Shown: in pieces, positions 54,173-64,000 of the stretch
Layout of the letters: each line of letters begins with the position of its first letter
Position numbering within the stretch: the first letter of the stretch is position 1
Source: Malacoraja senta
Lineage: Eukaryota
Direction of reading: 5' to 3'
DNA length: 64,000 bases
NCBI GenBank assembly: GCA_038087875.1
Contig: CM075990.1
Location: 7,752,001 to 7,816,000, forward strand
Translations under genes and position numbers: made by a program
The notes under the pieces: model-generated
What the model was told of the DNA's origin: nothing
The model's input: only the letters and a program-made list of their open reading frames with translations
The model's database searches: none

Positions 54173-54448
54173 GAACAGCACCTCATATTTCACTTGGGCA
54201 GTGAATATTGATTTCTCTAACTTCAAGTAATCCTCGCTTTCCCTCCCTCTCCGTCCCTCCCCCACCCCAGTTCTCTGACAGGTTTCACTGTCCTGATTAA
54301 TTTTACGGATTATATGCCACCTTGTCACCTTCCCCTCAGCCAACAATGAACCATTCTACATTTCCTTATCTTCTGCTTTGATCTGTCATTTTCACACCGT
54401 ACCATTCCTTATCTCTTGGCTCCCTCTCCCCTGACTCTCAGTCTGAAG
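54173..54448 (+). mobile_element. Penelope-like element 3' end: GIY-YIG endonuclease C-terminal remnant plus UTR leading into the hammerhead repeat
   Basis: GAA CAG CAC CTC ATA TTT CAC TTG GGC (EQHLIFHLG) ... AAT ATT GAT TTC TCT AAC TTC AAG TAA (NIDFSNFK*), ending CTCAGTCTGAAG. Confidence 0.7.
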
Positions 54449-56056
54449 GTACACAAAAATGCTGGGAAACTCAGCGGGGTGCAGCAGCATCTATGGAGCG
54501 AAGGAAATAGGTGGAGTGTTGGCGGCTGGGAGCGGCCTGGAGGCGGGCTAATTTAAGGTCCTTGGTGGAGTTGAGGTGGGCCAGGAATCTTTTAATTGAA
54601 GAGGTGGATCTTCCGTCTGAAGAAAGTCTCGACCCGAAACGTCACCTGTTCCTTCTCTCCAGAGATGCTACCTGTCACGCTGAGTTATTCCAGCATTGTG
54701 TGTCTATTTTTGGAGTTTAGTTTAGTGATACAGCATGGAAACAGGCCCTTCAGCCCACCTAGTCCGCACAGACCTGCAACCCCCATACACTAACACTATC
54801 CTACACGCACTGGGGACAATTTACATTTATACCAAGCTAATTAACCTCCAAACCTGTATGTCTTTCGAGTGTGGGAGGAAACTGATGATCCTGGAGAAAA
54901 CCCAAGCGGTCAATGGGAGAGCATACAAACTCCTTACAGACAGCACCCGTGGTCAGGCTCGAACCCGGGTCTCTGGCGCTGCAAGGCAGCAAATCTTCTG
55001 CTGTGCTACGTGTACAACCAGCATCTGCAGTTCCTTCCCTCACAAGAGTGGATGGTTGGCTGTCAGCTGCAACCAAAGACAGTGCCTGGAGGGGAAATGG
55101 GATGAACACACGAGCGTTTTGTAGAACAGAGGCTGTCTGTGTGTGGCTGAGCTTCAATATCTGACCAGCGTGAACAGCTTCCAATGAATTTGCCAGTCAG
55201 CATTGAAGGCTATATTTCGGCATGTTTCAAACGTGCTTACCCCCCCCCCCCCCAAAGTATTTTGCGAGCCAGATTTAAGGTGCTGCTTCAGTGAGAAGTC
55301 ACTAATCAAAAGCTGTTTGCTCATTTCATGGCCTGTCAGGTGAGATTTCTGCAGATGTTAAATGATGAAGATCAGACCAGTCCACACGGTGGGGGGGGGG
55401 GGGGAAAGAACCATCAATTCAGCTCCGTTTGAACTAAAACCGTGAATCAGACCTAGGATGGTGAGTCGCTTCTGTAATCAGATATCTGAGCGATCTCGCC
55501 CACATCCCAACCACACTCTCATTCCTACCCAGCCCCAATCCCACCATCAATTCCAACGTCAATTAGTGTCCCCTGTAGTTCTACACATCCTAAATGCAAC
55601 TCCAGTCCAACCTCATTGCTACTATGGGTCTGTTCCAACAACCCTATCCTAGACATGTTCGTAAGTGTTATGAGCAGAATTAGGCCATTGGGCCCATCAG
55701 GTCTACTCTGCCATTCAATCGTGGCTGATCTACCTTTCCCACTTAATCCCATTTCCCTGCCTTCTCCCCAAATCCCCTGACACCTGCACTAATCAAGACT
55801 ATATCGCTCTGCCTTAAAATCATCCACTGACTTGGCCTCCACTGCCTTCTGTTTTGATATTCATTTTCTCATCCAGGCTGGATGTGTTGGCACACCTAGG
55901 AACAAGTAAGGTCACTTCTCATGGAGTCATCGTGTTTTATACAGCAAGTAGATTCATGTGTTAAAGAAGGAACTGCAGATGCTGGAAAATCGAAGGTAGA
56001 CAAAAATGCTGGAGAAACTCAGCGGGTGCAGCAGCATCTATGGAGCGAAGGAAATA

Positions 56057-56090
56057 GGCTACGTTTCGGGCCGAAACCCTTCTTCAGACT
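56057..56090 (-). ncRNA. Minimal hammerhead ribozyme motif in a Penelope-type repeat
   Basis: Reverse complement AGT-CTGAAGA-A-GGGTTTCGGCCC-GAAAC-GTA-GCC; the insertion has a 16-bp TSD CAAGTAGATTCATGTG. Confidence 0.6.
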
Positions 56091-56379
56091 ACACAAACCC
56101 TACTTCAGACAAGTAGATTCATGTGATAGGAGAAGAATTAGGTCATTCGACCCATCAACTCTTTTCCCTTGTTTAATCCTGGCTGATCTAACTCTCCATC
56201 CTAACCCCATTCTCCTGCCTTCTCCTCATCACCTCTGACACCCGTACTAATCAAGAATCTATCTATCTCTGCCTTAAAAATATCCATTGGCCTCCACAGA
56301 TCCTAATCAAAATTTCATATACTGAACCAATCTTACCCCACAATTTGTTCATAAATGCCAAGCCACCCTCTGAATTTAA

Positions 56380-56720
56380 GTTTCGTTCATTGTCACGTGT
56401 ACTGAGGTACAGTGAAAAGCTTTTGTTGCGTGCTAATCAGTCAGTGGAAAGACAATCCATGATTACAATTGAGCCGTCCACAGTGTACAGATACATGTTA
56501 AAGGGAATAACGTTTGGTACAAGATAAAGTCGAATCAAAGATAGTCCGAGGGTCTCCAATGAGGTAGATAATAGTTCAGGACAGCTCTCTAGTTGTTGGT
56601 AGGATGGTTCAATTGCCTGATAACAGCTGGGAAGAAACTATCGCTGAAACTGGAGGTGTGCGTTTTCACACATCTGTACCTTTTGCCAGATGGGAGAAGA
56701 GGGAGTGGGGCTGGGGTGCC
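56380..56720 (-). mobile_element. Rex1/Babar-type LINE 3' end
   Basis: Reverse complement of the 9081-9510 family. Confidence 0.7.
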
Positions 56721-57917
56721 ACTCGTCCTTGATTATACTGGATACCATTCACCCTGTTGCCACATCAGTCTTCCCATCGCATGGCTGTCTGCTCTTCTGG
56801 AGCAATGCCTGTCTAATCCCAGCCATTTCCTTTGACCAGAATCATTTTGATCTGAATGAGCGAGTTTGTTTTGTGTAAACAACACAGCATGAAGTGCGTC
56901 CAGGCTCAGTGAATCTGGGTTGTTTGAGTGATAAGCAAAGTCAGTGGCCAACATGCCCCATTGTTCAGGTCCTCCTGACAGTCTGCTGGCGCTGTTTAGT
57001 TTATGGTTTAATTTAGAGACGTAGCGGGGAAACTAGCTCTCTGATCCACCAAGTCTGCACCAACTAACAATCGCCCATATACTAGTTCTATCTTACGCAC
57101 CAGGCAGGGACAATGTACAGAAGCCAATTAACCTACAAACCTGCAGATCTTTGGAGTGTGGGAGGGAACCAGAGCACACGGGGCAAACCCATGCAGGTCA
57201 CAGGGAGAACTACAGACAAGGCCCCAAGTCTGGGTCTCTGGCGCTGTGAGGCAGTAACTCTACCGCTGAGCCACTGCACCGCTCTGATCGTCACTTTGAG
57301 CTCCTTCACGAACAAGTGTTCTCCAGGAGGGTTGGAAGAGGCTTCACGGATGATTGCAATGCCTCCTTCAAAAGAATATAATCAGAAAAATTACAGGTGG
57401 TGGAAATCTGTCATCTGAAATAAAAACAAAAGGCCCTGGAAACATTCACCGGGTCTGTGGAGAGAAAGGGCGAGTCTAGATGTGAGGTCAAGTGGAAACA
57501 GATATGTATGACGTTGCAGTGATGCTGGAGGGGGTGCTGAGAATCTAAGACCACGCACTTGGAGAGGGAATGCCTGGGCGGAGGTTTGTGTGGGATGAGC
57601 GAGGGTGGTGAAGCCGTCTTTGTGAAAGTACATCCGTCTGGAGGTGGTGTAAGTGGAGGCAGAACAGGAACAGACGAGAGAGTTGGGCAGAGGGCTGCTG
57701 GAGCTGTGAAATAAATGGGGGAATGGCCAAGAGGTCCAGCAGCATCTCCTGAGGAAGACCAGCTGAGGGCACGTTGCAGATCAATGATCCAGGGTCGGAA
57801 CTGCATGTCATTACACAGACTGGGAGAACTGCCCATCTGAAATTAGTCAAAGTCATACAGCATGGATACAGGCCATTCAGCACAATGCATCCATGCTGAC
57901 AAGATACCAATCTATGC

Positions 57918-58120
57918 TTAAGAAGGAACTGCAGATGCTGATTTAAACTGAAGATAGATACAAAATGCTAGAGTAACACAGCGGGACAGGCAGCATCTCT
58001 GGGGAGAAGGAATGGGTGACGTTTCGGAAGAAGGGTCTCGACCCAAAACGTCACCCATTCCTTCGCTCCAAAGATGCTGCCTGTCCTGCTATATTACGCC
58101 AGCATTTTGTGTCTATCTTC
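57918..58120. mobile_element. Penelope-derived hairpin insertion inside a CR1 tail
   Basis: Inverted arms of about 75 bp; imperfect TSD ACCA(A/G)TCTAT(G/A)CT. Confidence 0.75.
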
Positions 58121-60317
58121 GACCAGTCTATACTAGTCCCATTTGCCTGTGTTTGACACATATCTAAACCTTTCCTATCTAAATATTCATCCAAATGGCT
58201 TATGGAGTCATTATGTGTCATAATATAAGAAATAATAAACTATTTATTATATTTAAAAATAGAGCATATTGTAGTGGTATAAGGAGTGGGGGAATGGGAT
58301 AGAATTATCCTAGTGGAAGACTGCTTGGTGCCAATGGGCTGAAAGGTCTTCAAATCAAAGATCAATATTAAAATATTTATTAAATAATTGATCTGACTGG
58401 ATCATATGCCAAACAGCTGTACCGTGGTAACGTTACAATAATAAACTTAAACCTGAGAGAGTCACCATAATGTCGTCAGCTAATCGCACCCGGGTCGTAC
58501 CTGCCACAGTTCCAGGCACTTAGTTTAGAGATACAGCATGGAAACAGGTCCTTCGGCCCACCGACCAGTGATCCCCCACACACTTGGGACAATTTTATAT
58601 TTATACCAAGCCAATTAACCTCCAAACCTGTATGTCTTTGGAGTGTGGGTGAAAACTGGAGCACCCGGAGAAAACCCACGCAGTCACGGGGAGAAACTCC
58701 GTACAGACAGGACCCGTAGTCGGGATCGAACCCGGGTCTCTGGCGCTGTAAGGCAACAAGCTTACCGCTGCGCCACATGCTGTCACAAATATAAAGATCA
58801 TAACATTGTATTATGAATGGGAGTGTGTGGAACTGTAACAGATCGGGCTTGTGTACTAATAGCTGGCACCATTCTAAGTACTGTAATGATGTGACTGATA
58901 GCGCACTCTGTTCTTGCCGTGTTGTGTTGTGTTGTGCTGCCTGACTCTGTGGACAAAGCTGCAGCATGCAAACGGATCTTTCCCCTTTTACTGGGTATGG
59001 TTTAGTTCAGAGATAGTGTGGAAATGGGCCCTTCGGCCCACCGAGTCCATGCCGTCCACTGATCACCCGTACACTAGCTCTATGAGGACGTACTAACTCA
59101 GTACAGACAGCATGTGAGTTCGGGATCGAACCCGGGTCTCTGGTGCTGCGCCATTGTGCCACCATTCAGGTGATGTACAAGACTCGTAGCTAGTAAAGGG
59201 ACTGAAGGTACAGATGAGCTGCGATCTATTGAGCAGCAGAATCGGACTCGTGGGGGGGGGGGTCTTCTGCTCCCATTTTTGTGCAAAGCCCGGGCAATAA
59301 CTTGCTGTCTTTTCCTGGGCTTTCCTGCATCGACCTGGAACGGTGGGGCCCTGTGCTGCCCACCGAGTCTATTACACTCCCAGTCTCTGTTTCGCCCCCT
59401 CCTGACATTTTTCTCTCTCCCGTCTCAGCGGAGTTGGCTTTGAATGATGCTGGCGAGTTGGGGATTGCAGCAACTCGCTCCCTCTGCTGGAGTTGAATAA
59501 GATATTCAGCAACCTCTCCCCACTGCATGTGCCTGAGGCTGAGACCAGGAGCAGTGCCTTAACGGAGATGCGCGATGCCCAGGGTTTATACACAGAGGGC
59601 GGTGCGGACCTGGAACAAGCTGCCAGGGGTAGGGGTGGTGGTGGAGGCAGATACGATAGTGGTGTTAAAGAGACCTTTGAACAGGCGCATGAAGATAGAG
59701 GGATATGGATTACGTGCAAGCAGATCAGGGAAGGTAGACACACAATGCTGGAATAACTCAGCGGGACAGGCAGCATCACTTGAGAGAAGGAATGGGTGAC
59801 GTTTCGGGTCGACAGAGTGATGTCTGAAGAAGTGTCTCGACCCGAAACATCACAACAGTCCTTCTCACAAGAGATGTTGCCTATCCCGCTGAGTTACTCC
59901 AGCATCGTGTGTCTAAACCAGCATCTGCAGTTCCTTCATACAGAAAAGCGGTGGTCTTGCCTTTAAGTTCGCCACAGATATTGCTCTGGGCCACAAGATA
60001 TTGTCACACAAGCCTGGGGCAAACAGATAAAACCTGTGGGAAGGAACTGCAGATGCTGGTTTACACCGAACATAGACACAAAATGCTGGAGTAACTCAGC
60101 GGGTCGAGACCCTTCTATAGGCTGAGGCTGACCATCGGTCCAACGTCTGACTTGGTCAGTTTGGGATGCAGCCATGGATAGCGAGGCCAAGGGGAGGGCA
60201 GCGGGGCCCGGAGTGCCGGTCTCTCTCACACTCACCCCCGGGCTCAGTGCAATATTTCTAGCACTACCCTGTAAGTGTGGGGAAAGATGAATAGTCTTTG
60301 AGCATGAATAGGAGTGG

Positions 60318-60622
60318 CTTAGTTTAGTTTATGGTTTTAGAGATACAGCCACGGAAACAGGCCCTTCGGCCCACCGAGTCTGCACCGACCAGCGATCCCC
60401 GCACAGTAACACTATCCTACACACACTAGGGACAACTTACACTTATGCCGAGCCAATTAACCTACAAATCTGTACGCCTTTGGAATGTGGTCGGGATCGA
60501 TCCCACGCAGGTCACGGGGAGAACGTACAAACTCCGTACGGACAGCACCTGTGGTCGGGATCGATCCCGGGTCTCCGTCTCTGTAAGGCAGCAACTCTAC
60601 CGCTGCGCCACCGTGATGCCCC
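60318..60622 (-). mobile_element. V-SINE/HE1-type SINE
   Basis: Reverse complement of the consensus. Other copies near 42570, 46855, 54715, 56995, 58520 and 62017. Confidence 0.85.
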
Positions 60623-61482
60623 AATAGTCTGGAAAATTTGATACTCGTAAAGACCCAAGGGTGCGGGGTTATTGGAGTTGATCCTGTGGCCCACGTGTTA
60701 ATTGAGCATTTATACAGAGCAAGATATATCAGTGCCCTGGGTAAAGTTACATTTAATAATAGTGAGCTATTAATAGGTAATCTTGTAGCTGTTTAGTTTA
60801 TTGTCAAGTGTACTGAGGCCCAGTGAAACGCCTCTTGTTGTTGTGTGCTACCCGGTCAGTGGAAAGACTATACATGATTACATGTAACAGGACAATGAGA
60901 CTTCACAAGATGACTTAGAAACTAGTGCAATGACTTGGGGAGGGAGGAGGAACGGAGAGAGAGAGAGGGGGATGCAAGGATTACTTGAAGTAGTCTTGTT
61001 GAGTCTCATTGTCTGTAACTCATTTTCACCAAGCCCACAGCTAACAATGGGCTGTTTCCATTATCATCGTTACTTTTTTGCATATCTTTCATTCATTTGT
61101 TCTAAATCTGTCTACATCACCTTCTATATCTTCAGTTTCCCTCTCCCCTGTCTCTCAGTCGGGTCTCGACCAGAAACGTCACCTATTCCTTTTCTCTGGA
61201 GATGCTGTCGGACCCGCTGAGTGATTCCAGCTTTTTGTGCCCAACTGGTTTCTTCCTGGTTCATGGGGACAAAGCCTCTGGCATCCGATATCTCCAGTAG
61301 TTGAAAGCTCGGAGAAACCGGCGGGTCTGATGCACGGCCGCTGAATTGCAAAGCTCAGTGTCACTTCCACACTTGGGTATGAATCCAGCCATCTCTCCCA
61401 GGAGACAGACACAAAATGCTGCAGTAACTCAGTGAGACAGGCAGCAGCATCTCTGGATAGGAATGGATTATATTTCGGGTTA

Positions 61483-62010
61483 GAAACATAGAAACATAGA
61501 AAATAGGTGCAGGAGGAGGCCATTCGGCCCTTCGAGCCAGCACCGCCATTCATTGTGATAATGGCTGATCGTCCCCAATCAATAACCCGTGCCTGCCTTC
61601 TCCCCATATCCCTTGATTCCACTAGCCCCTAGAGCTCTATCTAACTCTCTCTTAAATCCATCCAGTGACTTGGCCTCCACTGCCCTCTGTGGCAGGGAAT
61701 TCCACAAATTCACAACTCTCTGGGTGAAAAAGTTTTTTCTCACCTCAGTCTTAAATGGCCTCCCCTTTATTCTAAGACTGTGGCCCCTGGTTCTGGACTC
61801 GCCCAACATTGGGAACATTTTTCCTGCATCTAGCTTGTCCAGTCCTTTTATAATTTTATATATTTCTATAAGATCCAACCCCTCATCCTTCTAAACTCCA
61901 GTGAATACAAGCCTAGTCTTTTCAATCTTTCCTCGTATGACAGTCCCGCCATCCCAGGGATCAATCTCGTGAACCTACGCTGCACTGCCTCAATCACAAG
62001 GATGTCCTTC
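61483..62010 (-). mobile_element. Young CR1-type LINE 3' end
   Basis: DLIEIYKIIKGLDKLDAGKMFPMLGESRTRGHSLRIKGRPFKTEVRKNFFTQRVVNLWNSLP; (TTTCTATG)n tail; close sibling at about 49245-49550. Confidence 0.92.
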
Positions 62011-62935
62011 TTCTCTGGGGCGGTACGGTGGCACAGCGGTAGAGTTGCTGCCTTACAGCACCGAAGACCCGGGGTTCAATGCCAACTGTTTGCGCTGTCT
62101 GTATGGTGTTTGTACGTTCTAGCTTGTGACCGCGTGGGTTTTCTCCGAGATCTTCGGTTTCGTCCCACACTCCAAAGACGTACAGGTATGTAGGTCAATT
62201 GGCTTGGTATAAATGTAAATTGTCCCTAGTGTGCAGGGATCACTGGTCTCGGTGTTTCTAAACTAAACTAAACTTCAGACTGGAAGAAGGGCTGAAGAAA
62301 GGTCTTGACCCGAAACGTCACCCATTCCTCCAATCCAGAAATGCTGCCTGTCCCGCTGAGTTACTCCAGCATTTTGTGTCTGTCTTCAGTGTAAACCAGC
62401 ACCCGCAGTTCTTTCCTCTACCAGGGAAGCAGTTAAAGCAACAAGGCCACCGCGTCCCGTGACGGATGCAGATTTATTGTTAGACGTTAACGAACCTCCG
62501 GAGGGAGATAAAGCCCGGAATCCTGAGGAGGTTAGAAATGTATCGCAACACTGATCTCTCCGAGCAGGAGCCAATGACAATCTCAATAAATTGTGATGGC
62601 TTTGTAAGCTTCCAAGGCCTGCGCTCCAACCTCCATTTTATATCTGTGTTTTTAATAGAGCGCAGGAAATACAGGAGCATCGAGTTCTGATCGATGGCTC
62701 CGTTTGTTTGGCAATCAAGAAAAGTCTGACTGACTGCTGGAAGATGGCAAGTGGTGGCAACGGGAACAGATGTCACAGTAATAAGCCAAGGTCAGGGCTA
62801 TAACTCACACTCATTGCCGTGGTGACGGAGACTGAGACGCACCCTGGTGGATGGCTGCAGCGCAGACCGTGCCTGCTTCTCAGCAGCAGAACGTGGCCCA
62901 GCTCTGTACCGGACCCTATCAGCTGTGGCAGCAAA

Positions 62936-63330
62936 TAACCATTGACGTCCCAGCCTTGCCAACCAGACACACACACACAGGTCTATTAACCATTGACGTC
63001 CCAGCCTTGCCAACCAGAAACACACACACAGGTCTATTAACCATTGACGTCCAAGCCTTCTCAGCCAGACACACAGGTCTATTAACCATTGACGTCCAAG
63101 CCTTGCCAACCAGAAACACACACAGGTCTATTAACCATTGACGTCCCAGCCTTGCCAACCAGAAACACATGCACAGGTCTATTAACCATTGACGTCCCAG
63201 CCTTGCCAACCACCAGACACACAGGTCTATTAACCATTGACGTCCCAGCCTTGCCAACCACCAGACACACAGGTCTATTAATCATTGATGTCCCAGCCTT
63301 GTCAACCAGACATAAGTATTAACCATTGGT
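62936..63330. repeat. Minisatellite, about 8 units of roughly 41-53 bp
   Basis: Unit GGTCTATTAACCATTGACGTCCCAGCCTTGCCAACCAG(A)+(CA)n; degenerate units continue at about 63630-63760 beyond an inserted SINE. Confidence 0.9.
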
Positions 63331-63345
63331 TAACCATATTGACCT

Positions 63346-63630
63346 TGCGGTAGAGATGCTGCCTTACAGCGCCAGAGACCCGGGTTCGATCCTGACTACG
63401 GGTGCTGCCTGTACGGTTTGCACGATCTCCCTGTGACCACGTGGGTTTTCTCCAGGAGCTCTGATTTCCTCCCACAGTCCAAAGACGTGCAGGTTCGTGG
63501 GTTATTTGGCTTTGGTAACATTGTAAATTGTTCCTTGTGTGTGTGTGTGTGTGGGATGATATTAGTGCATGGGGTTCACTGTTGGTGGGCCGAAGGTCCT
63601 GTTTCCACACTGTATCTCTAAATGAAACTT
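63346..63630 (+). mobile_element. V-SINE/HE1-type SINE inserted in the minisatellite
   Basis: GCGGTAGAGATGCTGCCTTACAGCGCCAGAGACCCGGGTTCGATCC, V-domain, tail. Confidence 0.85.
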
Positions 63631-64000
63631 AACATTGAAGTCCCAGACTAGACACAATTATGAACTAGACACAAACAGATCTATTAACCTTTGAGGTTCC
63701 AGCCTTGTTTCGCAGACACAATCAACACTATTAACCATTGAAGTCTCAGCATTAGCAAATGGATATCTCGAATCTGAACTAAACTAACGATACAATCTAT
63801 GGTCAGAGGGTGGTGAATCTGTGGAATTCTTTACCACAGAAGGCTGTGGAGGCAAGGTCAGCGGATATATCGAAGGCAGAGATAGATAGATTCTTGATTA
63901 GTACAGGTGTCAGGGGTTATGGGGAGAAGGAAGGAGAATGGGGTTAGGAGGGAGAGTTAGATCAGCCACGAATAATGGCGGAATAGACTTGAATGGTCTA

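Noticed and set aside
59400..59560. Strong acceptor-like tract TTTTCTCTCTCCCGTCTCAG as an exon of a second gene
   Set aside because: No recognisable protein, no matching donor and no partner exons found.
62936..63330. CRISPR-like array of constant repeats with variable spacers
   Set aside because: The spacers are only short (CA)n length variants, there are no cas genes, and the context is vertebrate. It is a minisatellite.

Overview
Eukaryotic, repeat-rich vertebrate genomic DNA. The repeat content (V-SINE/HE1-type tRNA-derived SINEs, CR1/HER1-type LINEs, Rex-Babar, Penelope-like elements) points to a cartilaginous fish, probably a skate or ray (inference). One host gene is visible: the 3' six coding exons of a neuregulin-3-like gene on the + strand (8614-8640, 17358-17460, 23574-23697, 25651-25775, 28820-29014, 30283-30775). 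All have AG/GT boundaries and compatible phases, and together they encode the juxtamembrane stalk, the TM helix and the whole cytoplasmic tail. I did not find the EGF-domain exons in the window. The protein is notably divergent from tetrapod NRG3 and may be a second paralog. The rest is transposon debris and long microsatellites. Two mobile systems stand out: (i) many short, often hairpin-shaped Penelope-derived insertions with 11-16 bp target-site duplications (TSDs) that carry minimal hammerhead-ribozyme cores (CTGAAGA-stem-GAAAC-GTC); (ii) five Harbinger-type MITEs (..CTGTCCCACT TIRs, 3-bp TSDs), two of them at the identical TTA position of a SINE head. Most ORFs in the supplied track are microsatellite or repeat artefacts. 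No rRNA, genuine tRNA or CRISPR array was found.
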